A stretch of DNA of 64,000 nt from NCBI RefSeq assembly GCF_006345805.1, contig NC_042997.1, forward strand, positions 177,258,001 to 177,322,000. The letters are read 5' to 3'. The notes under the pieces were generated by a model. That model was not told the origin of the DNA. It was given only the letters and a program-made list of their open reading frames with translations, and did not search any database. Source of the DNA: Octopus sinensis. Lineage: Eukaryota. The position numbers and the translations under genes are program-made. Within the stretch, counting starts at the first letter, position 1; every line of letters starts with the position of its first letter. Shown here one piece after another: positions 26,324 through 39,889 of this stretch.

Positions 26324-26551
26324 GGCGGCGAGCTGGCAGAAACGTTAGCACGCAGGACGTAATGCCTAGCGGTATTTCGTCTGCCGTTACGTTCTGAGTT
26401 CAAATTCCGCTGAGGTCGACTTTGCCTTTCATCCTTTCGGGGTCGATTAATTAAGTACCAGTTACGCACTGGGGTCGATATAATCGACTTAATCCCCTTG
26501 TCTGTCCTTGTTTGTCTCCTCTATGTTTAGCCCCCTGTGGGCAATAAAGAA
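26324..26551 (+). mobile_element. SINE family B
   Basis: Full-length match to the other family B copies. Confidence 0.88.
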
Positions 26552-27477
26552 AAAAATATTTCTTAGGGACTATTAATAGCTACGATTTTATTCTACCATA
26601 CTCGAAAACCCATGGACATTTTAATATTAGCACCTGAACAGTAGATTATTTGCGATCTTTATCAGTTTCTCCTTTAATCGATAACTGGGAATTAGACTAT
26701 TATAGATCTTTGTTCAGATTATGCCACCAGTACTTTTGATATAATTCCTTTAACCAAAGACAATACTAATAATAGCCTCTCAAAGAAAAAAGTAAATATC
26801 AATTTCACAGGGCTGACTGGACAGAATGCATTAAATATTTATCACCTGGTAACAATGTTAACAATATCCTGTCTGTTGAAGATCTAAAACTAAATCTACA
26901 AATATTTATAGAACGCATTCAAAAGCGAATTACAGAGAAAGTACTTGTTTCCTATTACAATCTAAATAAAAAACAATGATGGTAACGATAAAGATAACAG
27001 CTATAAAAAGACATGCCGGAATAAAGAATTAAATCGACTAAGGAAAGAAATGATTCGATCGTTGCAAAAAACGGAAATACTACGTAAGAGATTCCCGATT
27101 AGATGAGGAGATTGAGAATAAACAAACGTGAGATCAAGTAAAATATGTTTTTTTTTTTTTGCTTTTGTTTTTCTACGGGGGTGGGGACGTTATCTGAATA
27201 TGAAAAGCTTTACACTGTAGAGAATTATTTTCTCTACGACACATTTCAGTATTGCAGTGACAAGTCTCTTACAGGTTCGAATATCTTTTAAGTATATTTG
27301 AACTGGTTTATTCTCCAGGCAACGGATTTTGACTGTAGAAAATTTGAAGAATTAAAAAAAAATAGTTCAAAAAGAAAAAAAAGTGTGACAATATTGATTT
27401 CCTGTTTTAGTAAAGCTATTTTGGAGTCTATTGGAGATATATGGAAGATATACAGAATACATACATATACGTGTGTG

Positions 27478-27709
27478 AAGGCGGCGAGCTGGCAGAAACG
27501 TTAGCACGCCGGGCGAAATGCTTAGCGATATTTCGTCTGCCGTTACGTTCTGAGTTCAAATTCCGCCGAGGTCGACTTTGCCTTTCATCCTTTCGGTGTC
27601 GATAAATAAAGTACCAGTTACGCACTGGAGTCGATATAATTGACTTAATCCGTTTGTCTGTCCTTGTTTGTCCCCTCTGTGTTTAGCCCCTTGTGGGTAG
27701 TAAAGAAAT
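27478..27709 (+). mobile_element. SINE family B with 21-bp TSD
   Basis: TSD atacatacata(t/c)acgtgtgtg at 27457-27477 and 27710-27730. Confidence 0.9.
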
Positions 27710-28284
27710 ATACATACATACACGTGTGTGTGTGTTACATGTATGTATGTATGTATGTATATAATTCAAGGATCAAATAAAAATCTCCGAAATTAGATCA
27801 AGAGTTGTTAGTACATAATGAAACCCTGAAACACTTCTGAATTCTTCTCTTTGTTCGCGGAAGAGTTTCTTTTATTCTAGAGGGAGGGGATTTCCATTTA
27901 ACAAACAATCCAGCAAAAATTAAGAAGGTATTTGTTTTAATTAGAATATAAATTTTACTCCAATTATTTAGCAATAATTATTATTAGCTAAGGATGAGTT
28001 AAAAGAAAGGACAGCTACCGATCCATTTCAAATCTGAAACTTAATTTTCAATAATACATGGATTGTAATACAAGAAAGTCGATTAAATTGATAAAATAAT
28101 TTACTTAAATTTCAACAACACCCGGATCTGTGGAAATTTCCCCGCACCCTAATAATACCTAAATCAAATAATGGCGGCTATTGTTTAATCAGATCATATC
28201 GATCTGTAACACTTCTAAGTAATCTTTCTAAAATGTTGGGACAAATAAGAGATGACAGTCTGTATTAATTAGGGGAAGCTAAGA

Positions 28285-28441
28285 ATATTCTGTTGTGTCT
28301 GGGGAGAGTCATTCTCTTTTAGTGCCTTATAATTTAACACACTCACCGGTAAAATTTCCACTCATTTACTTATTTACCGGTGACTGTGTAAAATTATAAG
28401 GCACAAAAAGAGAATGACTCTCCCCAGACACAACAGAATAT
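28285..28441. mobile_element. Near-perfect 157-bp hairpin, MITE-like; related single-arm copy at about 30300-30480
   Basis: atattctgttgtgtctggggagagtcattctc...ccggtaa pairs with ttaccggtg...gagaatgactctccccagacacaacagaatat. Confidence 0.75.
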
Positions 28442-29072
28442 GCTTCAACACACGAACTCACATAAAGAATCTTGCAAACCAAATCCAAAAACGAAGGCAA
28501 AGAATAGTTTTCGCAAATCCCAGTTTAGATTTTGCGAGGATAAAGCAATGAAAATTGTATACATGAAATAACCACAGTCATCATTAACAGATGGAAAAGT
28601 CTAATAATCTGATCATACGAAATAGAAAAGCTTTCATTATTTGACACTAACAAAAATGAAAAAAAAATTGACACTAACTAAAGAAAATTATACTATTATA
28701 AAAGTCAACACCATCTTTGTTATAAGGCTGCTAGCTTTCTCACCTATCACACTACAAAACTGATTCTTAATAATGATAAAAGACAAATTATATTGGATGT
28801 AGTCGTTTTTTCTCGAAATAAGTTAAGAGGTGTATCTAAAGAGATCAGTCTTAACGCCTGTTAAGTTATTTTAAGGTGAATTTTTATTTTTAAAAGTATG
28901 ACATTTCAAAACCCGTCGGTAAGATGTTTGTGTGTTGTCGAAAGAAATAGCGATGCTTTTGTTGACACGAAAAAAATTAATTCTATTTGTTTGTTCAATG
29001 TTTTTTTTTTTTAATATGAACAGTTTTCTTAAAACAATTCTTTAAAACTGAAGTATTTTTGTAAAAGAACTT

Positions 29073-29460
29073 CGTAGGTGTGGCTGTGTGGTAAATAGCT
29101 TGCTAACCAACCACATGGTTCCGGGTTCAGTCCCACTGCGTGGCGTCTTGGGCAAGTGTCTTCAGCTATAGCCTCGGGTCGACCAATGCCTTGTGAGTGG
29201 ATTTGGTAGACGGAAACTGAAAGAAGCCTGTCATATATATCTGTATGTATGTGTGTCTGTTTGTCCCCTAGCATTGCTAGACAATCGATGCTGGTGTGTT
29301 TACGTTCCCGTCACGTAGCGGTTCGGCAAAATAGACCGATAGAATAAGTACTGGGCTTACAAAGAATAAGTCCCGGGGTCGATTTGCTCGACTAAAGGCG
29401 GTGCTTCAGCATGGCCGCAGTCAAATGACTGAAACAAGTAAAAGAGTTTAAAAAAAGAGT
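29073..29460 (+). mobile_element. SINE family A
   Basis: Full-length match to the family. Confidence 0.88.
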
Positions 29461-30966
29461 ATTAAAACACAGCCCCAAATAATTAGACAAGTAAGTCAAA
29501 TGGCCGCAACCCAACGATTAAAATAAATGAACCCATTTAGCTTAATGCAATATTAAGTATTTCTATGCAAAAAAAAAACAACACAAAACTAAAAACAAAC
29601 CAAAACATTTAATAATATAATGAAAATCAATAAAAATCGAAACAATCAACAAATCATTAAACAAGAAAATCTTTATGGCATACCAAACATATCTATTACG
29701 TTTCATACCAAAACTAGTTCTCTCCTAAATCAACAAAGGAGACTCAAAGTGATCGCCTGACCTTTTAGAAGCAGTAGTCAAATCTTCCTCAAATTACATC
29801 CTACTAGATAAACAATAAATAAATAAAATAGATAAAATAGGAAGGTAGTATAAGTTAAGGTAATACTAGATACACCATATGTGAATAGTAGATGAGATAG
29901 TTACAGCTGGAATATATTTGACGATAGATCTATTCACTGAAGGCCGATCTAATATAAACGACAACATAACCTCCTCAGAATAGTAAGTACTTTTCTTCTG
30001 CAGCACCATGTCAAAGTATTAGCCTCTGTATAACCACTGTACCTATTAGAAATAGCAGCTTAAGCTCACTTCAGTTCATGATCTGTCCTCGTAAAATAGA
30101 GGGATGACATGCCTGTATTGGTTAATGTAATCCTAGATACCTCATACTTTAAATGACGATTTATCTTGGCTCGGAATCTTTTGATTATAAAATTGACCAA
30201 TCACGGTTGAATTAGGATTAAGCAATAACAACAACAACGACCACGAAGATGATGACCAACATCAACCAACAATCTATGCTTTATCCAATGCAACAATGAC
30301 TTTTGTTTTGGGATTTGGTTTGCAAAATTCTTTATATGAGTTCAAAACTATTGAAAAGGTTGCAAGACGCAACGAAAATTTTAGGACAATAAAAATAAGA
30401 AAAACGTGGAAATTTTACCGGTGAGTGTGTTACATAATAAGGCATAAAAAGAAAATGACTCTCCCCAGACACAATAGAATGACTTTTGCTTTTCCACGAA
30501 ATTTTTGTTGGTAAATGCACATGTATACTTCAGTTGTTAGTATCTATGAAACGGTTACGTACTCGTAACTGTTTTTATTCCATCACCGTCCCAAAGTGTA
30601 AGATGGATAAATTTGCTGCAAGCATATCAGCGAGGTTAAGAAGGATATTTTTCTCCAAGAATTTTTTCTTAAAACTCCGTTGATATATTTAGCCCTTTGC
30701 CTATCCTGTGTATCGCATCTGATGCAGAGGACATATTTCCCTGGTGTCTATGCATTACATCATATATGATACACATTCCCAACCATCAGAATAACTTAAG
30801 ACTTAGGAAAGTTTCGTATTATTACTAATAACGTATGAAACAAGGGCTAACTAAAAGTCTGCAAACAAGCATGGGTGCTTGGGAAAAACTTATGAAAACG
30901 TTTTGAACAGGCTAACGGTTAATGAATATATATTTTAATTATCATACATTATAATTATTATACATA

Positions 30967-31376
30967 GGCCAAGGAGTGGCTGTGTGGTAAGTAGTTTGCT
31001 TACGAACCGCATGGTTCCGGGTTCAGTTCCACTGCGTGGCACCTTGCGTAAGTGTCTTCTACTGTAGCCTCGGGCCGACCAAAGCCTGGTGAGTGGATTT
31101 GGTAGACGGAAACTGAAAGAATCCCGTCGTATATATGTATATATATATGTATATGTATGTGTGTGTATATGTTTGAGTGTTTCTCCCCCCAACATCGCTT
31201 GACAACCGATGCTGGTGTGTTTACGTCCACGTAACTTAGCGGTTCGGCAAAAAGAAGGCGATAGAATAAGTACTAGGCTTACAAAGAATAAGTCCTGAGG
31301 TCGATTTGCTCGACTAAAAGCGGTGCTCCAGCATGGCCACAGTCAAATGACTGAAACAAGTAAAAGAGTAAAGAGT
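30967..31376 (+). mobile_element. SINE family A
   Basis: Full-length match with (AAGAGT)-like tail. Confidence 0.88.
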
Positions 31377-31892
31377 ATTATAAGAAAGCTTAAATACTAT
31401 ATAACATTAATTTAACGACTTCACACCACCCTTAAGGCATCAACATTTTGAATATAATTTCTTAATACAAAATAAGTGGAATTGAATGAGAAAATTTGCC
31501 ATATTACCCGATGTGCCATGAAACGATGAAATTTTGAATTCCCTGTCTGATTATGTAGTATTCTGATAAATGATTCAGCGGTGATATTTTTCTATCGATT
31601 GTTGCATTCTATGTCCATAGCTGATTTCAGGATGCATCTTTACATAACACTTTAATCTAATTCTGTTTAATTTGATTTAATGGAATTTATTAAAACACAA
31701 ACGCAAATACGCAATTAAACATATTGAGAGGATTACGAATGTCTTGTCAAAATTGCAATTATAGAAATCGCACCTTCCACATTTTTTCGCGTTAATACAC
31801 ATATTATTGTTGTTGCTTTTGTCGCTGGTGTCGTGTCGTTGTCGTTGCTGTTGTTGTTGTTGTTGTTTTTGTGAATGTTACCTTTTGGCCAG

Positions 31893-32035
31893 ATCCGGTC
31901 CAGCAATCCGTTTATAAATCGGTAACCGACCGAACCATACGCCAAGACCCACAGTTGCTTCTTCCACTAGCACTGTGTCCATCTAACCGAAGATATTCAA
32001 CGATGAATATTAAGATGAAGAGGAGTGTATGGCAG
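31893..32035 (+). CDS. Possible host coding exon (unidentified)
   Basis: ttttggccAG acceptor, open frame PVQQSVYKSVTDRTIRQDPQLLLPLALCPSNRRYSTMNIKMKRSVWQ, CAG|GTTTGA donor. Confidence 0.22.
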
Positions 32036-33175
32036 GTTTGATAGCCTTCAACTAACACTATCTCCTCCGAGACCCTGCGGCGCAAGTTAACCAAAATTGA
32101 GAGTATGATAGAAGAAGGCTTGTTCTTCCTTCCGGAAAAGAAAAATTCAAATCGGACCAGGTTAGCACTAAAAATTATTTACATAAAAAAAGGGCTTTTT
32201 TTCTATGAAAATCCCTATTTTTTACGATTTTTTGACTGCTGTGTCGCGATTTTTCGGTGTATTTCAACCAGAAAAATGTTCATTTAAAGAGAATAACAAG
32301 CTACATAATGTACAATTTTTACTTTTCAAAATTTCCAATTCTAAAGGGTCGAAACAAACCCGAGCAACGCCGGGCGATATTGCTAGTTACTTTATACAGA
32401 GTTATGTTCTATGTTTTGTGGCCTATATAGGAAACAAATGTTTGTCAACTTTCTGCATCTCAATCATTTTATTTATGCTTTTTTCCTTGTTTTGTTATTT
32501 AAATTCTGTTTGTGTGGCGTTGGTGTATTGTGTTTTAGGTTATCTTTGGTTTTGATCAAGTTGCATAGTTCTGGTATGTAATTGAGTTGTATTTACTTGT
32601 ACTGCCTCGTGGAATACGTTGTCTATAATTATAGGTATATGTCGATAACCATCTAATTGAATGTATGTTTTGTAGTATCAATGTTCCTAATTAATGATGC
32701 CGTTGAGTTTTAAATACCTTGATTCTGTTCCTTGGTGTGAGTTTGTTTTGTCAAAGTTTGTGAAAAGTACTTTTACTTTCTTCATTGATACACGATTGCG
32801 ATATTACGATAATTGATCGGGGTTATGAGTGAGTTAGAGGGTTGTTTGTGCACATAAAGACTTTTATATAGGTGAGGCATATCTGTGCGCATATGTGAGT
32901 TATTTAAGATGTGAAAAAATCTTTATATGCAATGCTGTTGCATGTATTGTTGTTGTTATTATTATTATAATCAGCATCATCATCATCATCGTTATTATTA
33001 TATTTTCCGAAAACCAGGATATCTTAAGTGAATTGTTTGTGTTAAGAAGAATTTTAAAAAGATGTAAAGTTGTAGGCATTATTGATAACGTAAGTGGTGC
33101 TCTCTTTCTCTCTCTCTCACTCTTTCTCTTCACACACATATATGATATACATACATACATACATAAATATATATA

Positions 33176-33221
<46 letters not shown>

Positions 33222-33298
33222 ATATATAGTAATCCAAACATGAAAACGCAAGACGTGGAACAAATATAGTGTTATTGGACGCTAAGGAAAGAAGGAGG

Positions 33299-33330
33299 GT
33301 TTAACGTTTCGAGCGCTCTTCGTCAGACAT
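33299..33330 (-). ncRNA. Degenerate minimal HHR motif in a (TA)n-flanked repeat
   Basis: Minus strand CTGACGA A GAGC-GCTC GAAA CGTT; the stem II loop is deleted and stem I is poor. Related to 50778-50813. Confidence 0.4.
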
Positions 33331-33373
33331 AGGAAAAGAAAGATCCAAGAAGGGAAACGGAGGAAAAAAAAAT

Positions 33374-33453
<80 letters not shown>

Positions 33454-33659
33454 AAAATGTTGTGTGGACTCCCCCTGACGATGAAGTAGGCTAGCCCAAT
33501 ACGTAGATATAGAGGGAGAGGCCTAGACGTCAGAAGCACAGTCAGAGCAGAGCGGAGTTGAGTAGAAGGCATTCGAACGTGCAACATAACAGATAGATAC
33601 ATACATACACACGCATGCATACATACATACATACATACATACATACATACATACATACA

Positions 33660-33761
<102 letters not shown>

Positions 33762-33789
33762 CATATATATACATACTATATATACATAC

Positions 33790-33864
<75 letters not shown>

Positions 33865-33989
33865 CATATATATACATACATATATATACATATACATAAT
33901 CTATAGATTACATACATATATATATAATACAATATATATACAACATATATATAATACATATATATATATACAACATATACATACATATA

Positions 33990-34020
<31 letters not shown>

Positions 34021-34063
34021 TATTATACTACATATACATATATATACATACATACATATATAT

Positions 34064-34110
<47 letters not shown>

Positions 34111-35164
34111 CAAACATATTATATCACTACATAGATTTCTTGTATTAATGTTTTTGTGTTGCTGTTTTTATTTTGAACGTTTGCATTTCTAGTATAGTAA
34201 ACCTTAGAAGTTTTTTTCCAATTAATTTAAACATATCGTTTGCCGTGTCTTCCTAGGGGCCACATGATTTGTGCATGCTATAAAGCCTATTCCATAGTAT
34301 TAGAGTCTATTCAAACTTATCGAAGGATATACAATGCCTGTGACATGGTTGTTGAAATACTTCCTGGATTATTGTCGTGTGAAATTTTATGCAAGAAAAT
34401 AAAATACTTTAGTTCTCTTAAAATACCTCGCAGGTCGTTAAAGTTAAGTTGTATTATTTCGAGTATTTTCCCGCTTTGTTTATAAGTTTTTGTGTCTTTT
34501 TTTTTTTGTTATTAGTGTGAAGCATTCTGATACGCTAATGTTAGGAAGAGACATAATAATGTTACTCCATGTTTCCATGACGTTGTTACGACCGTTGTCT
34601 GTGATGTAGGTATTGTTTCTAAAATGTACTTTTAAGTGGAATTTTGTAAATGTTATAAAACAAGTGGAGCTTCCGTAAACGTTATTGCTTTAATGTATTT
34701 GTGTAGCTATCAAGAAAACGGTTCTTAAGGAGTTTAAGATTAATGTGAGTCTTTCAGATAATACCCGAACATGACTATATATTTCTGTCATTCTTTCCAC
34801 CAGGATTTCTTTATTGCCATATTATTCCTAGGTTGAAATTATCCAGTATGCTGAATGATTTTTAAGCTTGTAAAATAAACAGTTGGAAGAAATTTGGCTA
34901 CAGCAAACCAAAAGATAAAGTGTGGTTTTCTTTCTTGACTAGTGTTTAATTGTTACTGTTGCCGGTCAACCCTTGGCGAGTAGATCTCCGATTAATAATG
35001 TTCCAACCCATTTTTTTCCCAATGTGATGCAGATATTACTGATAATGGTAGCAGTGGTGGTGGTATTGATGTTTCTTGCCTCGTTTTTTTCTTTTGTTTT
35101 GCTTTGGTTTAAATTTAATTTTTATATACGAAGTGGGTGTTGAAATGTTCTTGACTCTAAGGGT

Positions 35165-35349
35165 TTCGCGGAAAGCCTTGTTGCAGGCCCAAGCTTCCGA
35201 GTTCTTTTACAGGGCTTCGAAAAACTGAAGGAACGGTGTAATAAGTGTGTGAACATGAGAGGGAAATATGTTGAATCAAATCATAATGAACTGATCCTCC
35301 TGTATTTTCTTTTACCCACATCCAAGAATTTTACAGCACCCTCTCATAT
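35165..35349 (+). mobile_element. mariner 3' end (transposase C-terminus plus TIR)
   Basis: EFFYRASKN/GFEKLKERCNKCVNMRGKYVE, followed by ...aattttacagcaccctctcaTA. Confidence 0.7.
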
Positions 35350-35367
35350 GATAATGATATATGTATA

Positions 35368-35485
<118 letters not shown>

Positions 35486-35489
35486 ATAT

Positions 35490-35576
<87 letters not shown>

Positions 35577-35589
35577 ATACTATATATAT

Positions 35590-35708
<119 letters not shown>

Positions 35709-35926
35709 TTTATATATATATATATATATCTATATATAGATATATTATAGGGCCTTCGTAAAATAAATTACTTTGCCACATACTGAACTTAGTAGAAATA
35801 GCAGCCAAAAAAAATTTTCTTACCATTTTTACTACTTAAAGAAAATTCTCTCAGATAATGTTTACTCCAGACAGCTCACGAAGGTTTGGAAGTAAATACA
35901 GAAAATTATCACAAGTACATAGATCG

Positions 35927-35988
35927 TTTGAGTACGTCAACGTTTCAAGATTACCAAATAAAATCAGCATTTCTTTCGTCAGCTCAAA
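35927..35988 (-). ncRNA. Type I hammerhead ribozyme, unit 1 of the tandem element
   Basis: Minus strand: TTTGAG CTGACGA AAGA...TCTT GAAA CGT-TG-ACG TA|CTCAAA. 6-bp stem I, stem III ACGT:ACGT, GTA triplet; stem II closes with A-U rather than the usual G-C. Confidence 0.75.
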
Positions 35989-36484
35989 ATTTCTTAATTG
36001 GATTTGGAAACACTAAAAAGAAGGAACTTTACCTATCTGCGAACTTGTCGCTTCGCTTCAGATGAACCACTCCAACTAACAGTGTCAACAAATTCAAAAT
36101 GCGCAGGCGTAAATTTTCTGGCACTCCCCATTCCACCCACGTGGTCTATCTAGCAAACACTATTTTTAACCGCGAGAACCGAGGCAGTATGACCGATAGA
36201 AAAATTATAATATCAACAATTGAGGTAAAATTAATTAATTAATCAATTTCACCAAGTGTTCAGTATGTAAAAGACCATTTAAGGCGAATTCAAAATATTA
36301 CTTTATAATTAGGGCTTAGTAAAATAAATTACTTTGCCACATACTGAACTTAGTAGAAATAGCAGCCAAAAAAAATTTTCTTAGCATTTTTACTACTTAA
36401 GAAAATTCTCTCAGATAATGTTTACTCCAGACAGCTCACGAAGGTTTGGAAGTAAATACAAAAATATCACAAGTACATAGATCG

Positions 36485-36548
36485 TTTGAGTACGTCAACT
36501 TTTCAAGATTAGCCAAATAAAATCAGCATTTCTTTCGGTCAGCTCAAA
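36485..36548 (-). ncRNA. Type I hammerhead, unit 2 (core altered in this assembly)
   Basis: Same sequence 558 bp away, but with an extra base in the core (CTGACCGA) and a substitution in stem III at 36500. Confidence 0.55.
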
Positions 36549-37139
36549 ATTTCTTAATTTGGATTTGGAAACACTAAAAAGAAGGAACTTTACCTATCAC
36601 CGAACTTGTCGCTTCAGATGAACCACTCCAACTAACAGTGTCAACAATTCAAAATGCGCAGGCGCAAATTTCTGCACTCCCCATTCCACCCACGTGTCTA
36701 TCTAGCAAACACTATATTTAACCGCGAGAACCGAGGCAGTATGACCGAGAGAAGAATTATAATATCAACAATTGAGGGTAAAATTAATTAATTAATCAAT
36801 TTCACCAAGTGTTCAATATGTAAAAGACCATTTAAGGCGAATTCAAAATATTACATTATATAATTAGGGCTTAGTAAAATAAATTACTTTGCCACATACT
36901 GAACTTAGTAGAAATAGCAGCAAAAAAAATTTTCTTAGCATTTCTACTACTTAAAGAAAATTTCTCTCAGATAATGTTTACTCCAGACAGCTCACGAAGG
37001 TTTGGGGTAAATACAGAAAAATTTCTACTAGGTTCAGTATGTGGCAAAGTAATTTATTTTACTAAGCCCTAATTATATAATGTAATATTTTGAATTCGCC
37101 TTAAATGGTCCTTTTACATACTGAACACTTAGTGAAATT

Positions 37140-37174
37140 ATATATAAATATATATAATATATTATATTTATTAT

Positions 37175-37205
<31 letters not shown>

Positions 37206-37703
37206 TATATTATATATAATATATATAATATTATATTATATTATATTATATTATATTATATATATATATATAATATTATATTATATTATATTATATATAT
37301 ATTATATAATATATATATAATATAATATTATATTATATATATATATTATATATATATATATATTATATTATATTATATTATATTATATATATATATATAA
37401 TATTATATTATATATATATATATATATATATTATATTATATTATATCATATTATATATATATATATATTATATTATAATATATATTAATATATATATATT
37501 ATATTATATTATATATATATATATTATATTATATTCTATTATATTATATATATATGTATGTATATGTGTAGGTATGTGTATATATATGTATATGTGTATG
37601 TATATGTATATATAGTATGTGTATATATGTATATATGTATATATGTGTATATATGTATATGTGTATATATGTATATATATATGTGTATATATGTGTATAT
37701 GTA

Positions 37704-37741
<38 letters not shown>

Positions 37742-38037
37742 TGGATGATATATGTATATATATATGTATATATATGTATATATATATGTATATATATATA
37801 TGTAATATATATATGTATATATATATATGTATGTGTATATGTATGTGTAATGTATATGTGTTATATATGTGTGTATATGTGTATATATCTATATGTATAT
37901 ATATATGTATATGTATATGTATATATGTATATGTGATATATATATATGTATATGTGTATATATATATATGTGTGTATATGTGTATATATATCTATATATA
38001 TATATATAATATATATATGTGTGTGTGTATATATATA

Positions 38038-38074
<37 letters not shown>

Positions 38075-38258
38075 GTGTATATATATATATTATATGTGTA
38101 TATGTCTATATATATATGTATATGTGTGTATATATATGTATATGTGTAAATATATATATGTGTAATTATATATATATATTCTGTATATATATATAGTGTA
38201 TATGTGTATATATATATATGTGTGTATATATATAAATATGTGTGTATATATATTAATG

Positions 38259-38289
<31 letters not shown>

Positions 38290-38430
38290 TATATATATGT
38301 ATATATATATATGTGTATATGTATATATATATATGTGTATATTATATAATGTTGTATATATATATATATATATATGTATATGTGTATATATATATATGTA
38401 TATATGTATATATGTATATATATATATATA
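37140..38430. repeat. Long compound (TA)/(TATG)/(TG)n microsatellite
   Basis: Direct sequence. Confidence 0.97.
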
Positions 38431-38488
38431 TCTACGTTTAAATATTTGTTGTGCAAGATTTTTTATGTGAAGTCGTGTGTTGAAACAG

Positions 38489-39357
38489 ATATTGTTATAT
38501 TTCGGAATGGTCATATTGCCAGTTTAGCCAATAAAAACACGAACAAGAACACGGGGATCAATCAATAACATACAGATTAAGATATTGTCCACACATAGAA
38601 CAGATGCAACAATTAGACAAATTACAGAAGCTACACATATAATAGAAAATAAACCTAGCCTGAATAGAAAACTAGAATGGAGCAATAGCACACACCACAA
38701 CATATGACGATAGTGGATCCTGCAAACATAATAAATACACAGATAATTAAAGAAATAGAAATGAATAACTATATATATGTATGTGTGTATATAATATATA
38801 TATGTATATGTGTATATATTGTGTATATATGTGTATATATATATATATAATATATATATTATATATATATATTTTTTTTTTTCGATTAGATTTATTATTA
38901 TTATTACTAATATTGTTGTTATACATACATACAAGCATATGTAATGATAATAATGGGTGGATGTAAACACATGAACAAAATTCGAACAAAAGCAACAACA
39001 ACAAAAAATACAAATACAAGAATGTATATAAACAGTAGATAGAAATATTACAGGCATCCCCCCCCCACACACACACTAAATAAACATAGACGCACATAGA
39101 GATATAAGCATGCGCAAATGAAGACATACAATAGAAATACAAAATGGCTGACGGTTAGTAGGAGAGACACAAGTAAGTGAGAAGAAACAAGGACCACTGA
39201 TGCGGTCACAGGAGTGTGACGAAAGAACTTTGGCCGAAATAAGATTAAGATTAATGTAAAAAATAAATATCACTGAAGCAAAATAACACCAAATATATAG
39301 TGCGTGTGTTTTTATTGGCTAAACTGGCAATATGACCATTCCGAAATATAACAATAT
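38489..39357 (+). mobile_element. Element bounded by a perfect 52-bp inverted repeat, containing a degenerate HHR
   Basis: 38489-38540 is the reverse complement of 39306-39357. At 39194-39233: CCA CTGATGC G GTCACA-GGAG-TGTGAC GAAA GAACT T TGG. Confidence 0.6.
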
Positions 39358-39418
39358 ATATATGTATATATGTATATATGTATATATATATATACATATA
39401 ATATATGTATATGTATAT

Positions 39419-39889
39419 AGAAGAATACAGTGTACGTTCAAACACAAAAGAGATACCCGAAGAATAGGATATCTGACTCGCTAGAAAGAGCAGTTAAAAC
39501 TCCAAGCCACCAATTGTTGTAATTCCGAAAGTGATTAAAAAATAAAAAAACTTTTACCTTAATCCTAGACCCTGCAAGATTTCTGCAGACTTAAATACAG
39601 ACTGATTACTTTATGGCTGATTACTTATAGCTCCATGTCTATGGATTCAGTCTTTGCAACCTACTGAGGACGCAGCGCCAGATATAGGCTGAGATTATTT
39701 TATTTCAGTCTGTATTTAAGTCTGCAGAAACCTTGCAGGGTCTAGGATTAAGGTAAAAAATTTTATTTTTCAATCACTTTCGGAATTACAACAATTGGTG
39801 AGTTGGAGTTTTATCTGCTCTTTCTAGCGAGTCAGATATCCTATTCTTCGGGTATCTCTTTTGTGTTTGAACGTACACTGTATTCTTCT
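39419..39889. mobile_element. MITE/foldback with ~188-bp inverted arms
   Basis: 39419-39606 pairs with 39707-39889. TA-CAGTG...CACTG-TA just inside the ends suggests Tc1/mariner affinity. Confidence 0.8.

Larger units (their letters stand above)
35748..37139 (-). mobile_element. Non-autonomous HHR-bearing tandem element (retrozyme-like or PLE-dependent): about 2.3 units of ~558 bp plus a 5' inverted segment
   Basis: Unit starts at about 35748, 36310 and 36864. 37021-37139 is an inverted copy of the unit junction. No long ORF; an HHR in each complete unit; long (TA)n arrays on both sides. Confidence 0.75.

Noticed and set aside
34150-35050. Decayed PLE RT on minus
   Set aside because: Only a faint SI..SQAL-like trace across multiple stops; cannot be supported without an alignment.
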